Counted from the stretch's first letter, positions 8,369-18,601 are shown. The stretch: DNA of 28,641 nucleotides from Candidatus Velthaea sp. (GCA_050012475.1 JBEKHC010000066.1:1-28641), one strand, 5' to 3'. The notes: generated by a model not told the origin, from the letters alone. Program-made: numbers and translations.

Positions 8369-9040
8369 TCAGCGTACAAGGCGTGATTCGGCAACAAGTG
8401 CCTCGAGATACCGGTTTTGGCTCGTGTCGATGTCGCCGGTATCCAACGTCTGGACGGATCGTCCATTTTCGAGAACCATCGCTTTCTTGCAAAGCGTGGC
8501 GACGTCTATGAGATTTTGCGTTGCGAGGACCAGCGTGCAACGGGATTCTGCCAGATAATCGCCCACGAGCTGACGCAGAGCTGGGCGACCGTCCGCATCG
8601 ACGGTTGCGAACGGTTCATCAAGGAACAGCGCCTGCGGCTCAATCGCCAGCGCACGCGCTAACGCGAGACGTTGGCGCTGACCCGATGAAAGCCGCCGCG
8701 CATCGAGGTCGAGCGCGTCGCCCAGAGCGACGCGCGAAAGCAACTTCTTTGCTCGCTTCCGAGCTGTTCGCTCGTCCAGCCCGATCACCGCACGCGCGAT
8801 CGCGGCTACATTCCAAAGCACCGATCCACGCAAAACCGCGGGCTGCGCAAACACACCGGCACACCGTTTGGGTCGATCAACAACTCCATCGTAAGGAATC
8901 AGTCCTTGCAGAACAAGCAAGAGCGTCGACTTGCCGGCTCCATTGCGTCCAAGAAGCGCCGTACCATTCGTGCCGGCGTCGAACGCGTCGATCGCGAGAT
9001 GAAACTGGCCGCGCCGAACGCTGATTCCGCGAGCGTTCAT
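8369..9040 (-). CDS. tupC: Tungstate ABC transporter ATP-binding protein (TupC-like)
   Basis: Walker A GRNGAGKST, signature LSSGQRQR, Walker B LFLDEP. ATG 9040 overlaps the tupB TGA. The H-loop reads ATQN rather than ATH. Confidence 0.8.
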   Translation of the reverse strand: MNARGISVRRGQFHLAIDAFDAGTNGTALLGRNGAGKSTLLLVLQGLIPYDGVVDRPKRCAGVFAQPAVLRGSVLWNVAAIARAVIGLDERTARKRAKKLLSRVALGDALDLDARRLSSGQRQRLALARALAIEPQALFLDEPFATVDADGRPALRQLVGDYLAESRCTLVLATQNLIDVATLCKKAMVLENGRSVQTLDTGDIDTSQNRYLEALVAESRLVR

Positions 9041-9335
9041 CGCCACCGAGCTTGCAGTACAAGCGTGCCGCCGGCAACGATTACGACGATGCCGAGCAAA
9101 ACGGCGACATCGGCGAACGCGGCACCGAAACGGCCTCTGCTCACCTCCAGCATCGTCGCGGTCGTAAGCACCCGCGTTTGTCCTTCGATGTTGCCGCCGG
9201 TCATCTGCGCAGCCCCAACCTCCGCGATCGCGCGTCCGAAGCCGGCCAACGCCGCAGCAAGAAGTCCGGGAATGGTCTCACGCGCGAGCAGGCGGAGACG
9301 GCTTCGCGCTGGCACCGTTAGGGCGGCGAGCGTTC
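9037..9335 (-). pseudogene. tupB: TupB-like permease, C-terminal ~95 codons only
   Basis: LLAAALAGFGRAIAEVGAAQMTGGNIEGQTRVLTTATMLEVSRGRF is the TupB C-terminal signature. The frame abuts the tupA stop at 9339, leaving no room for the N-terminal half. Confidence 0.82.
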
Positions 9336-9338
9336 GTG

Positions 9339-10172
9339 TCAGCGCGTTTGGGCACCGCTTAGTGCATTTTGGGCGTCGGCGTTGAACAGCGGCCGGCCGA
9401 AGCGTTCCTTACCGAAAAGCGCGATAATGTGCTGGCCTTCGGGTGACACGATATATCTTGCGAAAGCCTCCGCTCCGGCAAGATTCCCAACGCGCCCAGC
9501 GATCGGTTTCACGACGATGACGTGATAGATGTTCCGAAGGTCAGTCGCCCCTTCTGCATAAGGAGCCAGATCGAGCGTCGAACGTTGCGCAAGATACGTT
9601 CCGTCATCCGTTAGCGTGTAGGCTGCCTTTTGCGAGGCGATGTGCAGGGTGTCGCCCATGCCGCTGCCCGACTTGATGTACCATGCGCCTTGCGGTGTGA
9701 TGCCGGCGGTGGACCAAAGGTCGAGTTCTTTTTTGTTGGTCCCGGAATCGTCAGCACGCGAGACGAACGGTGCGCCTGCGGCGGCAATGTGCCTGAAGGC
9801 GTCGACAGCCGTCGCCGTACCACGCACGTTCGCTGGATCGTTGGGTGGTCCGACAATGATGAAATTGTTATGCATGACGAGTTCGCGACTAAGGCCCCGG
9901 TCATCGGCCATGTACGTTTCCTCAGCTTTCGGAGCATGAACGAGGAGCACATCGGCGTCACCCTTCTCACCCATGGCCAAGGCCGCTCCCGTGCCGACGG
10001 CGATGGTCTTTACTTTGTAGCCCGTCGATGCCTCAAAGGCCGGAACCAGGACGTCGAGGAGCCCAGTGTCTTGAGTGCTCGTCGTCGTCGCCAAGATGAC
10101 TGCTGGACCGTTAGCGGCGGAAGCCGGCAGAAAAACCGACAGCAAGAGGGCCAACAAGAATAAGCACTTCAT
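9339..10172 (-). CDS. tupA: Tungstate-binding periplasmic protein TupA (277 aa)
   Basis: Signal peptide MKCLFLLALLLSVFLPASAA, then ILATTTSTQDTGLL, AVGTGAAL...GDADVLLVHAP, FVSRADDSGT, AYTLTDDGTYL. The TTTS motif is characteristic of TupA. Confidence 0.92.
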   Translation of the reverse strand: MKCLFLLALLLSVFLPASAANGPAVILATTTSTQDTGLLDVLVPAFEASTGYKVKTIAVGTGAALAMGEKGDADVLLVHAPKAEETYMADDRGLSRELVMHNNFIIVGPPNDPANVRGTATAVDAFRHIAAAGAPFVSRADDSGTNKKELDLWSTAGITPQGAWYIKSGSGMGDTLHIASQKAAYTLTDDGTYLAQRSTLDLAPYAEGATDLRNIYHVIVVKPIAGRVGNLAGAEAFARYIVSPEGQHIIALFGKERFGRPLFNADAQNALSGAQTR

Positions 10173-10279
10173 GGCGCACAACATTGTTGCCAAGGGCGAG
10201 GTTACCCCGCCCAGATTCAACCCGTAATCAAGTCGGTCTCAGGAAGCTTCAGTTTTTCCGCGAAAAATCGCCTCCGCCT

Positions 10280-10906
10280 CTACCCGTTGCGCCCGTAGAA
10301 GGGCCTTTCTCCCGACGCATGGTCCGTTGTGTCCACGATTTCGACGATCTCCGGTGCGACCCGGCGCACCATGACCTCGACCCCGTGGCGCAGCGTCACT
10401 TGCGAGGCCGCGCATCCTTGGCATCCGCCACTCATGGTGATAAACAGAGTTCCTTCGCGGACGTCAACGATCGAAATCTGTCCACCGTGAGCAGCGATGG
10501 AACGGTTGACTTCCCGGTCAAGCAGTTCTTGAACGACCGCCCGAACCTCGGCGTCGACTCGCCCGCCCGAGCTGACCTTGAGCGGGGTCTCGAGAACGGT
10601 CGGCGCGCCCGTGAGCAGAAGCGCCCGGATGGCGCTTCCGACTGCCGATTTCAATCCCGACCACGAGGCGCTCGACTCTTTTCCGACCGTCACGACATTC
10701 TCGCTGACTAGGACATAGGCAACGCCCGGGAGTGCGAACAGCCGCTCGGCCAGGGGCGAGCCGGCAGCTCGTTCCGGGTTGTCAAAGAAGAACGGGCCAC
10801 CGGGATGCACAGCCCGGCTCACGGTGAATTTGCACGTGTCGGGGTCGGCGAGCAGCGTCTCGGCGCGAATTGCAATCGTCGCGTCGACCGGCATGACTTC
10901 AGACAT
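10280..10906 (-). CDS. Nfu/NifU-type Fe-S scaffold (Nfu_N + NifU-C domains)
   Basis: GSPLAERLFALPGV (Nfu N-terminal domain) and VNRSIAAHGGQI...MSGGCQGCAASQVTLRHGVE...IVDTTDHASGERPFY. Confidence 0.9.
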   Translation of the reverse strand: MSEVMPVDATIAIRAETLLADPDTCKFTVSRAVHPGGPFFFDNPERAAGSPLAERLFALPGVAYVLVSENVVTVGKESSASWSGLKSAVGSAIRALLLTGAPTVLETPLKVSSGGRVDAEVRAVVQELLDREVNRSIAAHGGQISIVDVREGTLFITMSGGCQGCAASQVTLRHGVEVMVRRVAPEIVEIVDTTDHASGERPFYGRNG

Positions 10907-12149
10907 CTTCGACGATCCTCGCGGCGTTGAGGTCTCCGAAATCGCGCAGATAATCGAACGAATAGATTCCGGTGCTATGGCCGTCGTTCCAGTTGATCGC
11001 GACGGCGTAATTGCCTACGCTGGCGATCGTGTTGGGAACCACGTCGGGACGTACGCTCTTCGGATCCAGGAGGGGCTGCCCGCTCATCTCCTCCACGCAC
11101 AAAGCGCAACGGCACGCTAACCGAAGGTCGCGAACGTCGAAGTCGTCTTGGTGCCCGTCTTCCCAAAGCACGGACAGCGTTCGCGCATCTCTCCGGCGAA
11201 AGCCGACCGCCGTCGTGCGAGAGCCCGATGGCCCGGCCGCACTCTTTAGCCAGTCCGGCTCGCCATCGCCTGTTTCCCAAGTCCATGCGAACGGCGGTAA
11301 CGCCGCTGTTCTGGGCTGCCCCTCGAGTCGGTCCGTAACTGCAGCGGCAAGGCGCAGGTACGCCTGCCCTGCGAAGGAGATGGGCTTGTCGAGGACGATC
11401 GGACGGCCTTCGTCCCCGCTGGTGACAATCTCGGCGTCGAGAGGAATTCCACCCAAGAACGGTACCCCGAGCTGACGGCTCATCCGCTCGCCGCCGCCCT
11501 CGCCAAAAACGTTCGTTCCCTTGTTGCAGTGCGGGCAGATGAACGCGCTCATGTTCTCAACGATGCCGAGAATGGGGACGTGCACCGTCTCGAACATCCG
11601 CAAACCGCGGCGGGCGATCTTGAGACTGACCTCCTGCGGCGTCGTCACGATAACCGCGCCCGACAAAGGAAAACTTTGTGCAAGCGTCAGCTGCGTGTCG
11701 CCTGTCCCGGGCGCGAGGTCCAGGATTAGGTAGTCCAACTGGCCCCACTGCACGTCGTCGATGAACATGCGCAGGTACTTGCTGACCATTGGCCCACGCA
11801 GGATGGCCGGACTGTCATCCCCGGTAAGCATGCCCATCGACACGACTTTGAGTCCGTAGCGTTCCGCAGGCATGAGCTTGCCGTTGGGGTACATCTCCGG
11901 CCGCCCAGCGGGGAGCCCAAGCATAACGGGGATGCTGGGGCCCAGGACGTCCGCGTCAACGAGCCCGACCCGGGCGCCGGTCTCCTGCAGCGCAACAGCG
12001 AGGTTCACGCTGACGGTGGACTTCCCCACGCCGCCCTTGCCGCTGCCCACCGCGATGATATGCTTAATTCCCGGCAGCTTTTCTGGAGCACCGGAAGAAT
12101 GGGACGACGCGCTTTCCGCACGGCCATCGGCCGGATTGGTGGTTTGCAT
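10899..12149 (-). CDS. mrp: Mrp/ApbC/NBP35 Fe-S carrier ATPase fused to a C-terminal DUF971 (GBBH-like N) domain
   Basis: GSGKGGVGKST, LRGPMV, DLAPGTGD, VTTPQ, ENMSAFICPHC; C-terminal WEDGH...LRLACRCALC...VGNYAVAINWNDGHSTGIYSF. Start at ATG 12149 after GAGGGA. Confidence 0.92.
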   Translation of the reverse strand: MQTTNPADGRAESASSHSSGAPEKLPGIKHIIAVGSGKGGVGKSTVSVNLAVALQETGARVGLVDADVLGPSIPVMLGLPAGRPEMYPNGKLMPAERYGLKVVSMGMLTGDDSPAILRGPMVSKYLRMFIDDVQWGQLDYLILDLAPGTGDTQLTLAQSFPLSGAVIVTTPQEVSLKIARRGLRMFETVHVPILGIVENMSAFICPHCNKGTNVFGEGGGERMSRQLGVPFLGGIPLDAEIVTSGDEGRPIVLDKPISFAGQAYLRLAAAVTDRLEGQPRTAALPPFAWTWETGDGEPDWLKSAAGPSGSRTTAVGFRRRDARTLSVLWEDGHQDDFDVRDLRLACRCALCVEEMSGQPLLDPKSVRPDVVPNTIASVGNYAVAINWNDGHSTGIYSFDYLRDFGDLNAARIVEDV

Positions 12150-12419
12150 GCTTGAGATCCCTCGCTTCGGCCCGTCTGATACGCTTCGGCCCGGCTGATA
12201 GGATCGCCCCTGCCTCACTTTTCGAATCGAGCGCACAGTCAAGGCGGACGTTGCGCCAACGCTACCCGGACGCTGCGCCTAGCACTCAACTCGTTATCCT
12301 TCACGAGCCCCGCCGCAACCAGCATCACCTTCGCTGCTTCGATTGTGACCGTCCGACATTGATCAACACTGTTACAGCGATCGCAGGCACGCCCGGCGAG
12401 TACGGGCAAATACCGCCGC

Positions 12420-13430
12420 ATGATCGATTTGATCCCGCAGGTAGCGCCGCTGGCGGATCAATTCAACCGACCGATCACGTACCTCCGGGTGTCGGTCACC
12501 GATCGGTGCAACCTGCGATGCGTCTACTGCATGCCCGAAGCGGGACTTCCCTGGGTGGGCAAGACCGAAATCCTGACGTTCGAGGAGATTACGTCGATCG
12601 TGCGGGCCGCAGCAGCGATCGGCGTTCGCAGTATCCGGCTTACCGGTGGCGAGCCGCTCGTTCGGCGCGACCTGCCGCAGCTTGTGGCGCTGATCGCGAG
12701 CGTGCCGGGCATAGACGACATCGCACTTTCGACGAACGGGCTCCTGCTCGCCCCTCAGATCGACGAGCTGCGTGCTGCCGGTCTGCGACGGGTCAACATC
12801 TCGCTCGACACGTTGTGTCCCGAGCGCTTCCTCGCGATCGCGCGGCGGCCCGGTCTCGACCGGGTGCTCGCTGGGATCGACGCGGCGCTCGCTGTGGGCT
12901 TGGCCCCGATCAAGCTCAATTGCGTCGTGATGCGCGGCCAAAACGACGACGAGCTGATCGCGTTTGCCGAACTCACCCGCAATCGCCGTGTGCACGTCCG
13001 ATTCATCGAGATGATGCCAGTACTCGACAACGTTTTGCTGCAGCGTGATGCGTACGTTTCGGCGGCGGAAATCCTCGACCGGATCCGCGCGCGCGATACG
13101 CTCGTCCCGATTCCCGGTCCGGTCGGCAATGGGCCCGCGCGCTATTTTGCGTTCCCCGAGGCCGCAGGTGCGGTCGGCGTCATCTCTCCGCTATCGCACG
13201 ACTACTGCGAAACATGCAATCGCCTACGTCTCTCAGCCGACGGTCGGCTGCGCTTATGCTTGTTCGGCGATAATGAGATCGATTTGCGCACGCCGGTGCG
13301 CAGAGGTTGTTCTCTGGACGATCTTGCCGCCATCTTCCGCGGCGCGATGTACGTCAAGCCCGAACGTCACCATCTTGATCTCGGCAAGCCCGCCAGCGCG
13401 ATGCGGGCGTTCAGCGAAATCGGCGGCTAA
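12420..13430 (+). CDS. moaA: GTP 3',8-cyclase MoaA
   Basis: YLRVSVTDRCNLRCVYCMP, RLTGGEPL, NISLDTL, RFIEMMP, CETCNRLRLSADGRLRLCL, C-terminal IGG. Confidence 0.97.
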   Translation: MIDLIPQVAPLADQFNRPITYLRVSVTDRCNLRCVYCMPEAGLPWVGKTEILTFEEITSIVRAAAAIGVRSIRLTGGEPLVRRDLPQLVALIASVPGIDDIALSTNGLLLAPQIDELRAAGLRRVNISLDTLCPERFLAIARRPGLDRVLAGIDAALAVGLAPIKLNCVVMRGQNDDELIAFAELTRNRRVHVRFIEMMPVLDNVLLQRDAYVSAAEILDRIRARDTLVPIPGPVGNGPARYFAFPEAAGAVGVISPLSHDYCETCNRLRLSADGRLRLCLFGDNEIDLRTPVRRGCSLDDLAAIFRGAMYVKPERHHLDLGKPASAMRAFSEIGG

Positions 13431-13916
13431 CGATCGCCGACGACCGGTGCGGTCAATCGCCGGGTCAATAAAAGGCCGAAGAGCAAGAAGCTCTGCGCGT
13501 CGGCGGTCTTTAGCGCGAAGCAAGGTGCTGCAGGTCGCCGTCGAAATCGACTGTCAACCCCCGTGATATCAGTTAATTGCTCGTTTGCGTCGTCGATCAG
13601 CGGTGCGGTCTTCGGCTGCGCCGTCGCCGCGAACGAGTGCTGCGTCGACTCCGAAAAACGAAACGCCGTTGCGACTGGTTTTCTTGCTGTGGTACATCGT
13701 TCATGGGACAGCGCCACGCCGCTTCCCGACGCGCGAGTTGCACGCGAGGGACCGCGGCTGGTCAGCCCACCGCGCAATGCGCTTCGAACCCGGCTCCTCA
13801 AACGGCCCCTCCCTGCACGACTGTGCGTCGAACCCCAGTTTGGAAACAGCACTTCGAATCCTACAGGCTCCTGCGAGCACAGAACTTCTCCGCGGCGTGC
13901 TTTCGCAACAGAACCA

Positions 13917-14615
13917 TCAGGAGCGCTTGCTCGGTATGAGGGCCTGAACGTACGCGCGTGTGCGTAATATCACCGAGAGGAACGAGATGCCAAGGCGAGC
14001 TCGCAAATACAGGCACAAGTACGGGATGACGAAGCTCTGCGCTGCCCAGAGTTCCTGCTGCGACAGTGCTTTGCTGGTTTCCACATCGGGCTGCTCCTTG
14101 CGGGCGCCGTCGGCAAGCGGGATTCCCACGGGTGCTAACGTCCAGGTGACGATCTCGCCGTCAAACGGCTCAGGTCGCATCCCAACGGATCGGGCGAGGT
14201 TGCTGAACGCCCCGTTCTGCACGAGCGCGTAGGCGACCACGGACGTGCGGCGGCGTTGTCGCAACGCGGCGATGAGCCGGTCGAACAACAGTCGTCCGAC
14301 ACCGACACGTCGAGCGTCGTTCGCGACAACCATAGCGATTTCTGCACACACCTCATCGATGAAAAACGCGTGCGCGACGCCGAGCGGCCGACTATGCTGC
14401 TCGGCGATCAGCCCTAACACGTCAGGGCTCGCTTGCACGTAGCGACCTACCGCGTCGTCGTCAAAGTGATCGACGGCGTGAAAGAAGCGGCAACAACGAT
14501 CCTCAGCGCTCGTCCGCTGCAGGATGCTGCGATAGTTGTCGGCATCGCTCGGGACGATCGCGCGTACACTAACGACGTCGAGTAAATGTGCCATGCTGTT
14601 GAAGGCGTTTTCCAC
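13917..14615 (-). CDS. GNAT-family N-acetyltransferase
   Basis: SAEDRCCRFFH, CAEIAMVVANDARRVGVGRLL (acetyl-CoA-binding motif A), ALVQNGAFSNLARSVGM. AGGAG upstream of GTG 14615; alternative start ATG 14594. Confidence 0.8.
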   Translation of the reverse strand: MENAFNSMAHLLDVVSVRAIVPSDADNYRSILQRTSAEDRCCRFFHAVDHFDDDAVGRYVQASPDVLGLIAEQHSRPLGVAHAFFIDEVCAEIAMVVANDARRVGVGRLLFDRLIAALRQRRRTSVVAYALVQNGAFSNLARSVGMRPEPFDGEIVTWTLAPVGIPLADGARKEQPDVETSKALSQQELWAAQSFVIPYLCLYLRARLGISFLSVILRTRAYVQALIPSKRS

Positions 14616-15051
14616 CGGGTCTCGACTCCTTGGATTCTACTGTTCGGAATATAGGCACGCCCTATTAAAAAGGCAGTTTCGCATGTGTGCAAATTTGGCC
14701 GTATAGCCGTTGGTTTTGCTTTAACCTTGCGCTGCATCCCGCGATTTTGCGCCTTCCCGCGTTCGCGCGCGATGTCCGCACCAGATGGTCGGCGAGTCAT
14801 GCGCTTGGGGTTGCGGGCGCGAAGTTTCGGCGGCAATGAAGGCGGAATGTTACATACAACGCCCCAGCACCTCGCGAGTGCACCGCAATCGTTGCGTTGC
14901 GTTGGCCTGCACCTCCGAGCGTGAGCGCAGCCCGAGTCGGCGACTGTTGTGCTTCCCAGCGGCGATATCGTCGCCTTGGATGCGGTCCCGCTGGCCGATT
15001 CGCGATGCCGCGCTCTGGCCGCGGCCGATTCGTCAAGAGCCAAGCGTGCTG

Positions 15052-15426
15052 CTACGACACGATGGGTTGCTCAGAGCCAACGATACGCTGAAATATGCTT
15101 GTGCCGCCGCCGACGGCTTCGGCTGGATCCCGCGGATCGATCGTCCGGTCGTCGTCGCGCTCCTCGCCTGACGAAGGGTACGAACGAGACGATACAAGGA
15201 TGAATTTCTCCGGGAACGTGAATCTCACGCCGAGTTGCTCCATTTCGCGTAGCACGCTCATAATAAGCGGCAAATCCGTGAATCCGCTCTTAGAAAGACT
15301 TTTGCCAAACTGCGCGTTCAAATCGTCAATGCGTGTGTGGGTATTCGATTGCGCCTCAGCCGCCGTCGCGCATTGGCAGATGTACGTATAGCACTTCGCA
15401 CATTGGTCACTCTCGCGGCTGGTCAT
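15052..15426 (-). CDS. Hypothetical protein with N-terminal CxxC-x4-CxC; the 3' end may be chimeric
   Basis: GAGGAAGG 8 nt before ATG 15426 (MTSRESDQCAKCYTYICQC...); AT-rich region upstream. No family recognised. Confidence 0.45.
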   Translation of the reverse strand: MTSRESDQCAKCYTYICQCATAAEAQSNTHTRIDDLNAQFGKSLSKSGFTDLPLIMSVLREMEQLGVRFTFPEKFILVSSRSYPSSGEERDDDRTIDPRDPAEAVGGGTSIFQRIVGSEQPIVS

Positions 15427-15660
15427 CGCTGATACCTTCCTCACACGTTCTGAGCGGGTTGTGCCGAGCATGACGATACGATTGTTGCCCGATAGCTTTC
15501 GGGACCATTTCGGACATTGCTTTTGGACATATGAACACTTAGGTAATGATTAAGGACGAGATTATCACATCGTCAAGCGACGCCACGCCGTACAGGTAAT
15601 CCGACATCCGCGGAATCGGGGCGCTCAAGAAAGATATTTGTTAATACGAAGGTTCTTCGA

Positions 15661-16355
15661 TTAGTGTCCAGCAAAGCCGACGCAGCCGCCGCCGTTCATA
15701 TCACTGTTGGTCCAAGCAACGCCGACGCTCGCCATTGCCGCGATCCGCTTCCCGTCGATCTCGATCGGTTCGCTTAGTGCTGCCAAAATGCGATTAGCGA
15801 TTTGGACCGCCCTCAGTTTGCCATCAACGTGAGGGCAGACGACGAGGAACTCATCGCCTCCGAGCCGGCCAACGAAATCGCTGGCACGAGCGCTCGCAAT
15901 GAGGCGCTGGGCCGTGTGCCTGAGCACGTTGTCGCCGATGGCGTGTCCCGATTGATCGTTGATCGCTTTGAATCCATCGAGGTCGAGAAAGAGCACCGCG
16001 GTCCCCGTGTGCGCCGAGTTTTCAGCTGTCAGCGCGGTGTCGAGCACGGCGAGGATCGACGCACGATTGCGGCAGCCGGTCGAGCGTCCTAGGACGCGCG
16101 CGTTTCCAATTGTTCGCGCAGGCGCACCTGTTCCGTGGTGTCGAGCACACAAATGACCGCACCCGTCACCGCGCCGTTTTCCGCGAGGAGCGCGCGCAGA
16201 CTCCAGCTGCTGTGGCGCTGCTCGTCGCCTCGCTCGATCGCTACCTCGACATCACCGTCACGGCCCTCCTGAAGAGCCCCTCGCAGCGCGGCTGCGAGCG
16301 GTTCGCGATCCGTGGGCGAAACTTGGCAAAGCGGGCCCTGGATCGTCGCTATGAA
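15661..16355 (-). pseudogene. PAS/PAC-GGDEF diguanylate cyclase fragment
   Basis: GAVTGAVICVLDTTEQVRLREQLETRAS* then a frameshift at ~16085 into TGCRNR...LFLDLDGFKAINDQSGHAIGD...RLGGDEF...ASVGVA. Lacks the N-terminus and the terminal AD-x-AMY helix. Confidence 0.85.
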
Positions 16356-16461
16356 ATGCACAGTTGCGATCCGCCGCCCGAAGCCGGAAAAGCCGACACC
16401 GCAGATCCCAGTGAACGACCCCGAGGCTGCGGCGCTGGCGTTGGCCGACATGAAAAGCGCC

Positions 16462-17313
16462 CTGTACTCCGGATTCGGGGCGTTTAGTCCGCGGTTGAAG
16501 ATCACGCGGTCCTGTGGAAACCGAGCGAGCCTTTACGGATACATCGGGCGATTCTTCGAGCCGTTTTCCTCGGAGAATGTGAGCCCGACAGCAGCGTACT
16601 TGCTCAACCTCCCACTGCAGCAGAGCGTCGCCCAGTTCGACTTGGAGCCCGAACGCGACACGCAGCTCGAGTTTGGAGGGCACCTTCCGGTCGGGTCGGG
16701 CGACCTGGGCTTTCGAGTCTGGCAAAAGAATGCGAACAACCTCATCGACGACACCCAGGTCGGCGTGACATTGCTGCACCAGGACATCAACTACGTGCTA
16801 GGCCGACTGTCCCAGGAGGCGATCAACTATGTCCAACCGTTAGCGCGCAATTCCCGTCTGTACATCTCGGGTGCGCATGTTGTTTCGCTCAACAGTGGCT
16901 GAACGCAACTCCTTGCACCGTGCTTTGGATCGCCCACCGGCTTCACGCCGGCAGATCACGAGCAGCGTTGGAGCGTCGCCAGCGGCCTACTCCTCAACAA
17001 TCGGCGCGGGGGCTGGTTCTCGGTCGACGGCGAGTATGGCAGTGGGCTCTCGACGGGCCTCAATCCCACCGGCGGAATCACCTGCGCCGGACCAAACTAT
17101 TCCTTGAACATCGGCGGGCCGTGTAAGCGCACGCCGCACACGACGTTCAATGTTGAGGAAGGCCTCGCGCTTACGCCGCAAACGGCGATGACATTCGACA
17201 TTCAGAATCTCCTCAACGACCGCTATTTCATGACATACTTGAATGCGCAAGGGAATCATTACGGACCGCCGCGCGATTTCCAGATCGGTGTGAGGTTCCG
17301 CCCGCGTCAGTGA
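16462..17313 (+). pseudogene. C-terminal fragment of a TonB-dependent receptor with an in-frame TGA (16900-16902)
   Basis: FSPRLK...LEPERDTQLEFG...NLIDDTQVG...SG*TQLLAPCFG...DIQNLLNDRYF...HYGPPRDFQIGVRF. ORFs 16312..16902 and 17104..17313 are in the same frame; no plug domain or signal peptide. Confidence 0.8.
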
Positions 17314-17583
17314 GAGCGCGAAAGACGAGTTCGGGGACCTAACGGCGACGACCCGTGCAACCCTCATCGCTGGTATCTTCAACGGCCCCTCGTCGGATGA
17401 GCGGTTCGCTCAATAATGAGTCGTTCACTGATGTCCTCAGCCACGTGGCGACTGCACCCAATAAGCTTTGAGAGTGGGCGGGAGTGGCCATGGCGCGCAA
17501 AGAGAACGTGGAAGAGCAACGCGGATCACCGCTACGACTGCCAGTGAGCACCCGCTTCGTAGACGTACGAGACGCATATCGCC

Positions 17584-17870
17584 ATGTATCCCCGGCTCCA
17601 CTTCGGCTATGCCCGCACGTCCAATTCGTCGCAAGGCCGAACCGTCGACGATCAGTACGTCTTGCCGGCGCGCAACCGCCGCGGCGCGTACGTCGACGAC
17701 GTCACGCGGGCCCGGCAAAACGTGACGATCGCGTACGGGCAAGACGAGATCCCCGATTTCGGCCGGCTGATGGCGCAGGCGCAGCGCGACAACACGAAGA
17801 CGCGGGTCCGCGATGCAGTGACCGCCCAAGCCGAGCGCAAAGCGCAACAGAAGCGCGCCGAAGACGTCAA
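17584..17870 (+). pseudogene. Fragment of a TraA-type conjugative relaxase-helicase (SF1 helicase motifs V/VI region)
   Basis: YPRLHFGYARTSNSSQGRTVDDQYVL...AYVDDVTRARQNVTIAYGQDEIPDFGRL resembles HGYAxTxHKSQGxTVD...YVxxxRxR. Confidence 0.7.
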
Positions 17871-18184
17871 GCGCGGCTATTCGCCCGAGGCCATCGGTCA
17901 CTACTACGTCGACGAAGACAGCTGGTGCGCGGCAAGGACGGGACGGAATACACCATCGCCGAGGGCTGGCATACCGTCGTCGGCGCTCTCACGCTCGACG
18001 GCAAGGACCTGCGCGACGTTGCGGTGACCTTGACGGCGACTTCGGACGACGGCACGCGGGTCTACGTGCCGCGGAAGATCGACTTCACCGAGCTCGCCGA
18101 GGGTGTAGGGTTCCACGCACAGTCGTGGCGTGCGTGGCCATTCCTGGCAACCGTTATCGCTGAGTGCTGACGGTGTGCGCCCAA

Positions 18185-18250
18185 ACAAGCGGCGCGAACT
18201 TGATGTCATTCTCGTTTGGCGACTCGATCGCTGGGCCGGGGGACGGTCAT
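18185..18250 (+). pseudogene. Short serine recombinase (resolvase) remnant
   Basis: KRRELDVILVWRLDRWAGGRS matches the D-x-x-x-V-W-(K/R)-L-D-R-x-x-R-S catalytic motif; no flanking recombinase sequence seen. Confidence 0.6.
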
Positions 18251-18295
18251 TCCTGTTTGATCGCGCCAGTGAGGCGGCGGTAAACGTCTCGTGCG

Positions 18296-18601
18296 TCATC
18301 TCGCTTTCAGCATCCATGTTGGTGCTGCATCGTCGGCGCCATGCCGAACAAGTTGACCGTGAATTCGGCCGTCGAGAATCGCCTGGATGCTTTCCCAAGC
18401 GTCTAGGGTAGGTCGAGCGAGCTGCTCGTCTACAAACGCGGCCGTTATTTCGGTGAGAGTGAGGTTCTTGCGGTTGCGAGCGAAGTTAAGCCTCATGGCG
18501 ATGTCCATCGCGATTGGTTCGTTCGGAGCCACAACGAGCATCGAACCATGGCTCCTATTGAAAACTTTGTAAATGCAAAGCGGCTCCCTGGTTGCACTCA
18601 T
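18296..18601 (-). CDS. Hypothetical protein (101 aa)
   Basis: ATG start with GAGTAGGT upstream and globular-looking composition; no family recognised. Confidence 0.5.
   Translation of the reverse strand: MSATREPLCIYKVFNRSHGSMLVVAPNEPIAMDIAMRLNFARNRKNLTLTEITAAFVDEQLARPTLDAWESIQAILDGRIHGQLVRHGADDAAPTWMLKAR

Noticed and set aside
13780..13875. TTCGAACCC/TTCGAATCC T-loop-like words each followed by GGCTCCT
   Set aside because: No cloverleaf, acceptor stem or CCA could be built; not supportable as tRNA or an att site.
14900..15171. Protein-like plus-strand fragments (LPSGDIVALDAVPLAD; LRHDGLLRAND...PVVVALLA)
   Set aside because: Probably another pseudogene, but I cannot assign a family.
15497..15530. 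Imperfect TT(C/T)GGACAT repeats
   Set aside because: Short and irregularly spaced, with no matching second element end or transposase.
16900..16902. In-frame TGA in the TonB-receptor fragment as possible selenocysteine or readthrough
   Set aside because: The gene already lacks its 5' part, no convincing SECIS follows, and the neighbours are decayed; a nonsense lesion is simpler.
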